A stretch of 64,000 bases of DNA from Rhizodiscina lignyota (Eukaryota). Position 1 is the first letter of the stretch, and each line of letters starts with the position of its first letter. A model generated the notes under the pieces. It did not search any database, was not told the DNA's origin, and saw only the letters and a list, made by a program, of their open reading frames with translations. A program made the translations under genes and the position numbers. Location: assembly GCA_010015805.1 (NCBI GenBank), contig ML978130.1:558001-622000 (forward strand), given 5' to 3'. Shown in pieces: positions 13,201 through 25,887 of this stretch.

Positions 13201-13478
13201 ATGGACTCATCCATGATACAAAGCTGACATGGCTCCAGATCGTTAAAATGTTACTCGAATTCGGTGCAGGCGAGTTTGTCAAATTTCAAAGGAGTAAACT
13301 ACTTCTTGATCTTGAGAAAGTGATCCAATCGGCTCACCTTTCTGCTCGTGGGTTGCCGTTGGACTTCTCAGGACACTGGACTTCGTTCTGCAGAGACGTG
13401 GGGATTAACAAATGGCCGGCGCCTAACCAGCCCTACTCGATAACAATTTCTACTAGAGGGACAGTTGAAGCATGGTAG
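10275..13478 (+). pseudogene. NACHT (NLR/STAND-like) protein with SesA/HeLo-like N-terminal domain, frameshifted in Walker A (pseudogene or sequencing error)
   Basis: N-terminus MAEAISAFGLAASILQVIDF, intron about 10706-10760, IAEAYGNTFRWVF, YWITGKAG then frame change to SGKSTLIKY, FFFWNSG, LFVDGLDEF (Walker B), KLCVASRPW, AAGVFLWV, VQYLHRTVKDY and a degenerate ankyrin-like LLRKGANPN. Confidence 0.8.
13031..13084 (+). repeat. 27-bp tandem duplication inside the NACHT gene
   Basis: gcctacgtggaaagagcgtctcatagt / gcctacgtggaaagagcatctcacagt, encoding PTWKERLIV-PTWKEHLTV. Confidence 0.9.
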
Positions 13479-13853
13479 TATTGTATCATCTGAGGTTAAA
13501 GCACTTAACATAACATCACACAATCCGATCACTGGTGACCATGTTTAGATTGAGTGGTATCTCTTTAGAATTAATGTTATATTGAAGATCAAAGAACTCA
13601 AGGCTATGGAACGGGATGAGCCCTCCCAACCGATCCGCAAATATCATTTCAATGTTATAAATCAAATCCCAAACGCCATCAATGCATCGCTCGATCCGAA
13701 TGCGATCGTTTCATAACCTCCCATTCACCAGTCGCACCGTTCCTGTGTGGGATTGCGTAACGCTCATAATGTCATGCCGTCTCAGCGGCAGTTCTCAAAG
13801 GCCAGCGAGGTCAACTCGTCATTTTTCGGTGTGATTCGTGGATGATAGGGTCC

Positions 13854-14177
13854 CTATGAGTCTGTTGAGTTGATGGACTCATCACCCAACCCGTTTGACT
13901 CGGTTGGAGAGAGGCTGTGGATGCTATTACCCTGTGATCGCCTTCGGGCGGATGAGGTAGCAAGGTCGAGTTGTTGCTTGGTATGACGGTGCATTATTCT
14001 ATACAAAACCATTAGACATGATTTTAGATGATGGTAGAAGTGTTGGCCATACCTTGAATAGTCACACATGGCCCTCTTAGGGTTGTCCAGGCTGTACTCT
14101 CGGTCGAAATTGTGCTGATTCGACATTGGTTCCGAAAAGTCGCCGTTAACGTAGACGGAGTTTGTTTGCTGGGCCAT
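13854..14177 (-). CDS. Small hypothetical protein (about 90 aa), two exons
   Basis: MAQQTNSVYVNG...AMCDYSR, probable GTATGG..TAG intron about 14000-14053, then IMHRHTKQQLDLATSSARRRS. It resembles a small Pezizomycotina protein of unknown function. Confidence 0.55.
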   Translation of the reverse strand: MAQQTNSVYVNGDFSEPMSNQHNFDREYSLDNPKRAMCDYSRYGQHFYHHLKSCLMVLYRIMHRHTKQQLDLATSSARRRSQGNSIHSLSPTESNGLGDESINSTDS

Positions 14178-17100
14178 GGACAAAGGTGTGAGAGGTGAAT
14201 GTCGTATTCAAGACTATCTTGAAGATCTTAAAAGGAATAAAAGACTTCGGTTTGGGAAATGGGAAACTTGAGAATTGCATGAAGACCCACCCCTAGACGG
14301 TTGGGGGTGTCAGCGTGCTCATATACAAACTCCTTTAGGGCGCACACTAGGAGGTACCAGAGTTTCCATCGCCTCTACCAGAGCCCGACGCAAGACCCCA
14401 AAATCACTACCAGACGACAGGGTTCGGATCGGCATCTAAAGTTACCCTTCTCCCACCACACGCGGAGAGAAAGCGCCCTGCGCGACCGGGTCGCCTCTAG
14501 ACAGCCTCGATATCCAACTCACACCCTTCCCGCTCGCATGGATGTAGGTATCGTAAGACTCTGAATGGCCAGTAATAGGTGGATTGCGTCGGATATGCGG
14601 GGATAGTATGCGGTAATGCGTAGACTAAGGTGCGAGAGGCAAGACCCTGCCGATCGCAGTGATGTAGTTGCACGCCGTCGTCCCGCGTTTGTCTTGCCCG
14701 ACCGATACCTATGCACAGATAAACCGCCATTCCCCACAAAGCTGATGGTCCTGGCCCCTAGGTACGTGCAGCGAACATGGTAACACCTCACGCGTATGCG
14801 CTCACGGCAGGGACTTTCCGCGGCGGAACAACTTGAGCAGAATGCTTGGCCCGCGTGGGACGCTGTTCAACAGTGTAGGATCTACCTCCATTGGACTGGA
14901 AGGAGCCTAGGGAATGCAAAATGTTTAAGCAGGAGAAATGCTCATTGGAGCGGAGTGAACACCGCGTAAACTGAACCAATATTGCGAGACGGCACTAAGA
15001 TTGCATGCGCTCTATAGTACCACAGATTTAGTAGAACAATCTAATGTTCTAGCAAAGGAACATGCGCGTCGGAATCACAGGACGTTCAGTCCTAAGAGTG
15101 AAATTGCCAGATAAGCTGAGAATGACATCAAAGAGGCAGCGGCCGTTTCCATCTTGCCCCTTGCAAGCAATAATTTCACAAATGCAGAAAAGTGCATGCA
15201 AGAACATGGGCAAACGCGATGGAGGCAGAAACAGATGATGTCAAAGTCCAGCCTCAGCCATGCAGGGTCCGCGCTAACGCGGGGGGCTGACGCCATCAAC
15301 GTCACTGTGGCCCGAGCGCCTTGTCTAGAGGTGCAGGGCAATGAGACAATTTGAATCATCGAATGGCAAATTGGAATGGAGAATGACATATCTCAACGGC
15401 GCTCGTACCAACGGCGCTCATACCAACGGCGGGAATTTAGCTGCGTGCCTCAATGTTGAAGGCTTGTCGATGCGGCTGCTTCGAAGCTGTAGACCCCAAT
15501 TAGCCCTCGGTACTGACTATCATAGCAATATCGTCATGCTGAGCTGGAACTTGCGTAGTCGTCCGCTGCACTGGATCTCTAATAAAACTCGCGCCCTGTT
15601 TCACATTCCTGTATATGCGAACCGAAGCAGAAACACATTGTCGTGCTGTTATGTACGTCAGAAAAGCGTACAAAGAGATAATTGGCTGAGATGCTTGTCA
15701 AGCATGTTATCGTAAACGGCTCCCCAGAGTGTCCCACCTCACTCATCGCGATGCAGCCTGAGGATACGATATGGATCAACATCACTCACCACAGATCTCA
15801 TAGATCTAGACCAACAATCTTCGATTTCCACAACATCGACAATTATAACCAACTCTGGCGAGTTGTAGGCTCTTAGAGCACTTTCGGTACTTCATACAAT
15901 AGAAAGGGACCGATCGCAAAGCTAACAGAACCTTTCCGCCTTTTGTTGATGAGACACAAAGAGGTAAAGAACTTCAATGATCGACTGACATCATGTAGCC
16001 AATGGTGGAAGCGACGCCGCAGCGATGACAATTGAGTAAGCATCGAGCAGGAGATCAGACAAAGAAGACGGGATGTGTGAGGCGTCGCGTAAATGCGCTT
16101 ACATGTAGGTCAAGATGCACACAAAGATTGTAGATTCAGACCCCCCAGACTGTTCTACGTTGTTCAAAGGATCTTGCCTCCTTATGGACGAATGAATCAA
16201 CGAGCTGAAGGTCGCCTGAAGCCTTATCCAGCTGCCTACTTCCTCGCAGCTTGGCATGTTCACCTTTTCTTGCTATTGACTTGCGAAAGCAGCATCTGCG
16301 GTAGGAAAATGAAACGAAGAAGTGGCGATACAGAAGAAATACCTTCCAACACAGGTCAAACGACAAGGGTGTACAAAGAGGAAAGCCGGCCATGGCCTGA
16401 TTCGACAAAACCGTTATATTGCAGACGAGAACACAACAATGGGACACTGAAACATTGCGAGAGACACAGACTGAACATTTTGAATTTTGTTCACGCGCGT
16501 CGTTGGTTAGTAAGAAGCCTTGAGGGCATTCCTGAAGAGGAAGTGGTGACGTGCCAAGAAGTGGCTTGCGGAAGCTTGGGCAAAATGGCCAGGGGCGGTG
16601 ATCCTCCTCCGATATCGACACCACACTCCATCAACATCCATTCACATGCTCGGCACTCGACACCGGTGGCATACCTCATTGATTATTGTCTCGCCATCTC
16701 TGGCGTGACCAGCGCGTTCTCCAGCCTCACCGCTAACATCTCCGCCTAAAGCCCAAGTCCAATCGGCATCTGCGGAGGTTTAAGTCTTATTGCATTCAGG
16801 CTATGCATTTTCCACGGCTTACCCAAAGTTTTGATCATGGAGATGATATCACAGGTACTCCGCATGATAAAGTGGACCTTTGACAACGATGGCCTGCGAA
16901 AGTTGAGCACGAATCATCCTCACTGCGGGGTCCGGGGAGGAACCTCCCGTTTTTCAAGATGGAGCTCAAGGGCCATTGAAGGCCAAGCAAGAGGTATCAA
17001 AATGGATACAGCTGTTAGATTGGCAGTTGTCTCAGCTTCTAGATGCGCCAAGGCCATTCTTTGAACTTGAAATGCTCTTCAATGCTTATTACCAGTCGAG

Positions 17101-17396
17101 CTGGTGGATGACTTTGCTCATCATGACCATCTGCAGGAACATTTCCCACCGAAAACGAGCGGGGACAATGCATCACGAAATGATGTTCACCTTTCTTCCA
17201 TAATCAAGGAACTTCAGATATACCCGGACCATCGGCATTTCTCATCGACGTTACATTCGTTGTGCACATGCAGCTGTGTGTGCTGGTACAAGCGACCATG
17301 GTCGGGCAGTGTCTTACCGGCTTGGTTATAAAGCCATAGCTTGACGTTGTATCCAGTTGAGTTGTCAATTGTGACTGCCTGAGAACCGCTGCCAGG

Positions 17397-20242
17397 ATGC
17401 TTCAGACGGTGTCAACGATCCTTCTGTTCGCGCTTCAGGTGCTGGCGGATCCTCCTGGGGGAAGCTTCACACCGCGTATTGTGACCAAAGGATATGGCAA
17501 CTGGTCTGAAGCCTACGAAAAAGCTCGTGCTTTTGTCTGCGACCTCACATTGACAGAGAAGGTCAACCTTACTACCGCTCATGGCACTGGCGTCGCAGTT
17601 GGCTATTCCTTTGGCGTCATTCCTCGAAAGGGGTTCCGTGGTCTCGCATGGGACGATTCACCTACTGGAGTTCGTGGCTCAGACTACTCCTCTGCCGGGG
17701 CCGCTGGTCTCAATCTTGCCATGTCCTGGGACAGGGAGTTGATCTATCTTCAGATGATGGCCAACGGCGCCGAACACAAGGCAAAGGGCCTGAACGGTGC
17801 TCTTGCTCCTGTTGTCGGTCCCTTGGGGCGAGCTCCTGAAGGTGGCCGTAATTTTGAGAGCTACAGTCCTGATCCGTATCTGTCCGGAATTGCATTTGGA
17901 GAGTCAATCGCTGGCATGCAGGCCGGAGGTACGATTGCGGTAGGAAAGCACTACATTCTCTATGAGCAAGAACACTTCCGCGAGGTCAGAGAGACAAATG
18001 ACTTTGGCTATTCCCCATTCAACATCACAGAGCCTTATACCGTGAGCTGTGATGACAGGACATTCCATGAACTGTACTTATGGCCTTGGTACGATGCTGT
18101 CCAAAAGGGCATGGCAGGTAAAGTCCTTTACAACTCTCATCCTGAAACACATTTGGATTAACGGCCCACAGGCGTAATGTGTTCGTACAACCAAGTCAAC
18201 GGTACACAGACTTGTCAGAATGACCATCTAATGAACGACATTCTAAAAGGAGAAGTAGGCATCCCGACCTGCAAGATGAATTCTCACTGACTTGTGTAGC
18301 TTGGGTTCCAAGGGTTCATCACTTCCGATGATGGATCCCAGCATTCTGGTATTGCCTCTGCTCTTGCTGGCATGGACGTAACTGGTCCTGGCGAGACTTC
18401 TCCCAACGGAATTGATGGTCTTGGAATCTCATTCTGGGGACCAAATCTAACTCTGTCTGTTCTGAATGGCAGCGTTCCTGAATGGAGACTGGATGATATG
18501 GCAACCCGCATCATGGCTGCCTATTACTACCTTGGTCAAGATCACGACTTTCCCGACCTCAACTTTGGCGGCGGTGGCACGTACCCTACATTCGGATTCA
18601 TTTATCCGAATGCGAAGCTTGATTATCAGCAGATCAATTTCCATGTCGATGTCCGGGATGCTCACGCCGATGTCATTCGTGCCGTTGGAGCCAATTCGAT
18701 AACGCTCCTAAAAAATGTCAACAACACGCTTCCTCTTAAGAAGCCCCGGCAGATTGCGGTCGTCGGAGAAGATGCAGGCCCGTCTATGTACGGTCCAAAT
18801 GGTTGTGCAGATCGAGGATGTAACAATGGAACACTTGCCATGGGCTGGGGAAGCGGATCCACGAACTTCCCATATCTAGTTGACCCCTTGGCCGCAATCC
18901 AAGCCCGAGCGTTGAGGGATAGGACAGAAGTTCAATATGTTCTGAACAACTTCTTTGCCAAGACGCAGATTGACTCCATTGTACAACAGGCTACGGTCTC
19001 TCTAGTCTTCGTCAACGCTGATAGTGGTGAGGGCTACATTGAGATTGATAACAACTTTGGCGACAGGAAGAATCTGACGGCTTGGGGGCGCGGAGATGAT
19101 TTGATCAAAGTAAGACCACTGCCAACCAACATTTCAGACGGTGCTTGTGATTTGCGTATTTACACTACAGAACTCGTCGTTGCAATGCTCATTTTTACAT
19201 TTATGTCGGTTTGCTGATTGTTCCCCTTCAGGAAGTAGCTGCGAACTGCAGCAACACTGTCGTGGTTATCCATGCTGTTGGACCTATTCTTATGGAGGAA
19301 TGGATCGACCATCCTAACGTAACTGCCGCCCTGTTTGCTGGTCTGCCAGGCCAGGAAAGTGGCAACTCCCTGGTCGATGTTCTTTACGGTGATGTTACAC
19401 CATCTGGCAAGCTTCCATGGACCGTCGGCAAGACTCGAGAGGATTATGGAACCGATGTTTTGTATGCACCGAATGCGCCGGTCCCCCACATCAACTTCAC
19501 TGAAGGCCTGTTTATTGACTATCGACATTTTGACAAGGCAGGCATTGAACCGCGTTTCGAATTCGGCTTCGGATTGAGCTATACCACCTTCGAATATTCT
19601 GATTTGCACATTGAGAAACTCAGCTCTCCTGCGGTGGCGACGCCAGCGGCATCGTACGCGCCACAGACTACATTCAACCCGCAAATCTGCCCCTCGTCCA
19701 AGTTGAACCCATCGGACTACACGTTCCCAAGCACCATATCTTCGATTCCCAACTTCATTTACCCTTACCTCAATGCCAACGTGACGTACACGTCCAACGC
19801 TGCCGCTCCATCTTCCAGCATTGCTCCTGCGCCGGCTGGTCCGCAAGGTGGTCCTCCAGAGCTGTACGCGCCACTCTATTCCATCTCCTTCTCGCTGAAG
19901 AACACGGGCGAAGTCTCCGGTCAGGAAGTATCTCAGCTCTACGTCAATCTTGGCAACGGTGAACCTATCCGCCAACTACGTGGCTTCAACAAGACCATGC
20001 TGGCCGCAGGAGTGGAGAAAACTGTTACCATTGAGCTGAGGATGCGGGATTTGTCGATTTGGGATGTGGTGAATCAGGAGTGGGTGGACGTTACGACTCT
20101 CGGCACAACTGTCGAGCTATGGGTCGGAGCGAGCTCGAGAGACCTGAAGTTGAAGGGGGAGATTGCTGCCGCTGGAGGATATTACCAGGCTGCTGCGGCG
20201 AAGACAGCCACGGCGACAACGCTAGCCACAAGTACTGTGTAA
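17397..20242 (+). CDS. Secreted GH3 beta-glucosidase (multi-exon, C-terminal Fn3-like domain)
   Basis: Signal peptide; LTLTEKVNLTT, GPLGRAPEGGRNFE, KHYILYEQEHFR, DDRTFHELYLWPW, VMCSYNQVNG, GTLAMGWGSG, FVNADSGEGY, PGQESGNSLVDVLYG, FEFGFGLSYTTF, RQLRGF. Confidence 0.93.
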
Positions 20243-21087
20243 TATTCAATGACTACAGGCTCCAGTAATACATAGCATTATCACATGCGAAGAGAATAGC
20301 TAATTTATGAATCCGCGTCGACTAAAAGTAATGAAGCTGATGCTCGGAATTGGTGCATCTCCGAAGAAGCTGCTCAGAGATCGGAATCAGTGATCAGATT
20401 TCCCTGAAAAATATCAGCCGAGGAAAGCTTGATCGTATGCTAGTGAATATAAATACAATGGGCTCTTCCCCGGACGAGAAGTTGAGGCTTTTTAGGGAAT
20501 TTGTCTATGCCCACCACCTATCCTAACTCTAAATCATAAGCCACCATTTCCAACTGCGGCTACCCGTTCAATCATCTTTTCAATTCACCATCGGGCATTG
20601 TTTGGCCTTTGAAAATTTGGAAGCCTGACGTCCGAAGTCATCTCGAGCGCAGAAGTCCTGCGGTCGCCGCAAAATCCCCTCTTTGAGACAAGGCCAAATC
20701 CACGCTCTTACGATACACAACGAAGACAATCACCACATGCACTTTCAAGCTTGACTTAAGCCCTGTTCCTGCAGGAATGGCGTCTTCTTGGCCGTGAAAA
20801 CAAAAATTGAACAGAGCAGCGGGGAACGAGCCCAGGCTTCCGGCACATGCACCGATTGATTGGGTTGCGGCGAATCCAGGAACGCTCCGAGCGTGGGGCT
20901 CGACTTCGCGAAATCGTCATGCCACTGGCACCTGGAAACTTTTGTACGAGCGACGAACTGCTCGCCAAGTCGCGCGACGCGATATATAAGCCTGCAGAAT
21001 TCTACTATCCCTCCTCACGCGTTGCTGGACTTCTTAGACGCTCAATTGGCATAATTTGGAGATACAAGCGCATCCAACACCTTCACC

Positions 21088-22348
21088 ATGCGGTTCCAGA
21101 CAGCCCTTCAGAGCTTCCTGGTCGCGTGCTCATACGCGACTCCGATACCTGATGTCTCCCAGGCGCTGCAGAACATCCTCAAGAACACGCATGGCAGCAA
21201 GCTATACACGTATCCGACTGATCTGACGCGTGGCATTGCTCCGGTAATCCGCGCCTCCGTAGATTCAACTTGGGACCTCCGCTCACATAGCCTTGCAGAA
21301 ACCATTCCACTCTCACAATGACTATTGGAGGGATCTACCATTCTATTCCGCGCTGTCGTATGGAGCCGTCTCAGTCGAAGCAGACGTTTGGCTTTATAAT
21401 GATACCCTCTTTGTACGTGAATCTCTTTGACGATATATGTCTGAGCAAATACGCGTTCTGTCAATGGTTATGCCCCGCCCCAGTCTCTTGCCATAATGTC
21501 AGAAGGCCGACCATTTCATACATCACGTACATTGCACTCCCATCACATCAAGTCTTCAGCATTGTATGAACATAAATAAGCTGACGCTATACAGGTTGGC
21601 CACGAGGAATCAGCTCTCACCAAGGAGAGAACATTCGAGTCGCTATATATAAATCCAATCCTCGACACTATCAAGCGCGAGAATCCGTCATCGCCATTTG
21701 TTGAATCACCGACTCGCAAGTACGTCTACCCCGCTTCCAATTTCATGGGCTCAAGCATACTGACTTCCCCGCCATAGTGGTGTATACGACACTTCCTCCG
21801 GCCAAACGCTGTACCTCTTCGTCGATGTCAAGACTGACGGGCCAACCACCTGGCCTTTTGTCTTAGACGCTCTGAAGCCTCTGAGCGATGCGAAGTATCT
21901 CAGCAACGTCACCGGCATCACAGACGATGCAGTCGTTACTTCCGGCCCAGTCACGGTCGTCGGCACCGGCAACACGCCGATTCAGTACTTTGTCTCTAAC
22001 CCAGGCACGACGTCCAAGCCACGTGAAGTCTTCTACGACGCGCACCTGAACATGCTATCCGGTCCCGAGAAGAACATCACCTCTGCCATCTCGCCGATCG
22101 CTAGTGTTGACTTTGTCGCGGTGTTTGGCGAGGTTGTGAATCGGACGTTCAATGATACGCAGCTGAGCACGCTGAAGAGCCAGGTCGCTACGGCGCATAG
22201 CAGGGGCATTGCTGCTAGATACTGGGATCAGCCGGGATATCCGATTGGAACCCGAAATGCGATTTGGAGGACTCTGATCGACAATGGGGTTGATCTGCTG
22301 AATGTCGATGACCTCGCGGGTGCCGCGGGTTTTTGGGAAATGGAGTAG
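21088..22348 (+). CDS. AIM6-like PLC-type phosphodiesterase-fold protein, secreted
   Basis: Signal peptide; YTYPTDLTRGI / FHSHNDYWR..PFYSAL...VSVEADVW / VGHEESALT..RTFESLYINPIL / GVYDTSSGQTLYLFVDVKTDG ... ARYWD..GVDLLNVDDL, across three introns. Confidence 0.85.
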
Positions 22349-22635
22349 AGGCTATTAGACTTGTCTTGGTGATTGTGCATATAGAGATCTATATTATCCG
22401 AGGCCTCTAGTTTGATATAATGAAATTAGCATCCCAACAGGCAAAGTTACCCGCAAGTCCTTCCATGTACCAGGTGTCATCATACTCAGGGATGAGTGAA
22501 TGCTGGTTGAAAAGCATGCTTGTATACCCACAGGTACATGCTCACTACCTGCTCAGCTACTGTTCCCTTTCCAACTCAGACACCGCCTTTTATTTGTCCT
22601 CGTCCCTGACATTACGCGCTGGTGGTGAGGTACAC

Positions 22636-24029
22636 TTATGTTCGAATAATCCATCGCGCTAGCAATTCGTCAACAACACAGAACGTCGGATCCCAGCTTG
22701 CAAATTTAGTGGTATGCATCTTCGATCTGCCCGAAAACTGCACCATCCTCTTTACTGGCCTTCGCATCTGCACACCGTGCATAGTCCCCGGGGAACCCGG
22801 ACCACCCAAAACTCCAGAAAAGATAGCTCTTGGAGGTCGATTGTCCCACCTAACATTTTGAGCGTCGAGGAATCCCCTTGGCGGTGGCAAGGGTGGTGGA
22901 GGACCAAGTTCGAGATCAGTATCCTCAGGTCTTAGAGTTTGTTGAGGTATCTGCGTTACCGGTGGTGGCGAGATCATTGCCTGAGGCAGCGCTTGGTGTA
23001 ACAGGGCACTATTGAATGTCAGTGTAATACTACACTTTGGAAAGTTGAATAGAAATAAGCATACCTTTCATCGTTTTGCTCCTTTCCGAATAGAGTCCTT
23101 TCGATCGTTGCAACTTGGCATGCAAGCGTATCAGCTTTCCAAAGGCACACTTCCAACTCGTTGATTTTCGAGGAGTCAGATGTGTCGGCGTCCAATTGCT
23201 CGATACTTGTGCTAGAACGGCTAATCGGTTTGCGCTTGAGAGGGGAAGGCTTGAATGAGTCGACCGCGATGCTCGAAGCGCTAATAGACGAACAATTGCT
23301 ATTCGACGGCTGCTCGGACATAATGGGTGGTATCTCTAGGCCGATATCTATCTGAGTGCGAGAGAATTCCATTTCTGAGATCCTTTCTTGAAGAGCGTCG
23401 ATGGCTGATTGCTGGGACTTGCTCCGAAAGTGCAGGTCGCGGATTCGTTCACACTCCATTCTCATTGTAGCCTCCATGAGTTTCCTGTACACGGTCAGCC
23501 TTTTCGGTTGTTCAGATAATGCGTCATTTTGTATGTATCAATCTGAACGTCCATTCAGCAGTACAACTCACCTGTTAGCAGTCCCGCTCGCAAAAGACAG
23601 GACCTCCAGCATGAGCGTAAGATTGGTTTTCAAGCTCTCCAGCCTCCGCTGCAGAAGCTCGATTTGAGGTTCTCTGGTGATTGGCCACAGAAACTTGTGT
23701 AAAGTAGGCAACCGTGGCCTGCCATCGAGTTGCCTCCTCGTCGTCCTGTTTGTCAATTGCTGTACTTCTTGGAAGATGGACTCGCATTGGTGTATGAAGC
23801 CCCGAACATCGTCAATAGCGCCCGGAGACACACTTCCTTCGATATCATGTTGCTGAAATACATTTCCGACGCTCTTGAGGGTATTCGAAGTGAGCTCGAC
23901 TTCACGAGCAATGTTAGAAGCGTTTGCGTCGGCTTGAGAGACAGAGCGGCAGTAATCATAGAGGACTGCGGAAAGCTTGATACCCGCTGTTGCGAGGCCA
24001 GTAAGCGATGCGGCCATGTCTAAGGCCAT
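22636..24029 (-). CDS. Protein with fungal STAND N-terminal (HeLo-like) domain, no NTPase domain seen
   Basis: MALDMAASLTGLATAGIKLS..LYDY..SVSQAD..IAREVELTS..L...KFLWP...LESLKTNLTLMLEVL, followed by coiled-coil and Pro-rich exons ending VVDELLARWIIRT. Exon borders approximate. Confidence 0.65.
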
Positions 24030-25887
24030 TGTTTCTGAAGAAAAGGGAAGAGACACGAGAATGTGTTGGCGAATGTTGAAGATGAGATGAAGGAACGCAA
24101 GAAGTTTAAATATTGTTCAAAACACTCTAGGCTACAGAACGTTGTGTAGGAAAATACCAAATGACAGTATTCGACCCGGAGACGCCGTAGCATGCATGCA
24201 TGCTACTTTGGGTATTGGTTCGACACACTTCACATTTCTGCAAAGAATCTTCAGTTGCTTGTTTGCCTTATTTTTCGGGTACGGTGCTCGCGAACGCTCA
24301 TCGTGGTAGTATCTTCAGAGGCTCAGAGGTTCGTGACACCGTGCTCCTGGGATAAGATAGTACTCGAGGCACACCGCCACGATGTCGTTGACAGTCTTCT
24401 TCTCCCGCCGTCAAGTCTAACTGTCTTCGTCACAATGTTATACGTACGCCCATCCATTGCTGTCTCGACGAGACGGTTGTACAGCATCTTAATTCTGCAG
24501 AAACCGTTCTTGGACGCCCAATCAGCGAAACAACCAAAGATCATACTGTGGCTTAGTCCAGACACTTCAGCACTGATGCGCCTTATGATCTGCAATAAGC
24601 CGCCAGAAGTACGAAAGCACAGTGTACGCCTCAGCTATCTCCTCTGATAGTCCCTCACCAGACAAACGGTATTCGTCCAGAAACGGGCCGGGAATCATTC
24701 AGCAGCCCATGACAACGGAGACAACGCTCCTGTCTCTCGCACCCGCCCAGTGTTCTCACTTCATGCTGTCAGGACAACTGGGAGTACGGCAAGATACGTC
24801 CTTGACTCGGTCAAATGTATGCATGGATAGAACAACGGTCGTGGAATTTTTGGAGTACGGAGGACAGAGTAAGCCATTGGGACAACTGGTCGAAACCAAA
24901 TCCAATAATGATGAGCTTAACCTGTTGACTGCCGTTCATCGAGGTGATGGGAATCTGCTCTCTGTCATTTCAGCTCTATTGATTGTTTGGTTGTTCCACA
25001 TTCGAAAGGCCAAGAGCCGTTGCTGCCTTGGGATATGCAGGTGACAGATCCATGAAGAACATGTCTCGATGATGCGCTTCCTGCTCAGAGCAAGTGGGTC
25101 AGAACATTTCAATCGCGTTCCACCAAAAAGATTCAGCTTGCATCGTTTCTGCAGTTGTCTGTCTTGGGAGTAGATCATCGGTTTCTTGTTTGCTGTGGCA
25201 CATTTTGACAGCACGCCGTGACGCCTCGAGCGGGAAGCTGCAGGAGACGCTTCCTCGCGGCGCAGCAGATGATGAAACCCTCGTGGGAATGAAGTTAATG
25301 CATGGTTGCTTTCGTGCATCCGAGCATTACTCAAGAGAAGCGAGATATATGGCTCTTCTTGCTGCAAGTCATTTTCTTTCCGACCAGGCTGAAAGGCTCG
25401 GTGGATGGCTGAATATCGAATCGCTATGTGTAGGGTTATCCCTTGAACCCTACTAAAGGACCAGGATGTCACTCGAAGCTCGCAAACATATACGACGAGA
25501 GCGGATCCCCACCGTGGGCAGTTCGGATGCTTTCAAAGGTCGAAACCATGCGAATCCCGGCAGATGAGGTTGTGTTCCTGCCAAGCAATTTCCAGACAGG
25601 GAAGTTGGCGACGCCGATGACGGCAAGCTCGAAGCTTAACCGGCCTTTTCATGCATCACCTCCGCACTCTCCACCAAGCTACTGCTTGTAAATCATCTCC
25701 ATGACTTTACGAAAGCCCTACCAACGTTCTCGCCCCGCGTCAGTTCGATTCCAAATTTCCCGTCAGTCCCGCGAGCGGGGTATTGTTGCGCGAGCAGCGC
25801 AGCCATGTATATACAGTCTTGTCACCATGGCGTCGACATTCTCAAGGACGCTTCCGGACGGAGGGAAGTCGTATTTGAGCCTTCGCA

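Noticed and set aside
15393..15432. Short 15-bp tandem repeat (caacggcgctcgtac / caacggcgctcatac / caacggcg)
   Set aside because: Only about 2.5 copies with no spacers or supported ORF; not CRISPR-like and not a peptide-precursor repeat.
16093..16749. 218-aa ORF and overlapping antisense ORF
   Set aside because: No motifs or coherent composition; likely chance ORFs or an unrecognisable relic.
19160..19975. Long antisense ORFs over GH3 (similar ones over Swa2, the amidase and the laccase)
   Set aside because: Shadow frames caused by codon bias of the real gene on the other strand.
24192..25700. Several 90-180 aa ORFs between the HeLo-like gene and the esterase
   Set aside because: No family motif or consistent exon chain found.
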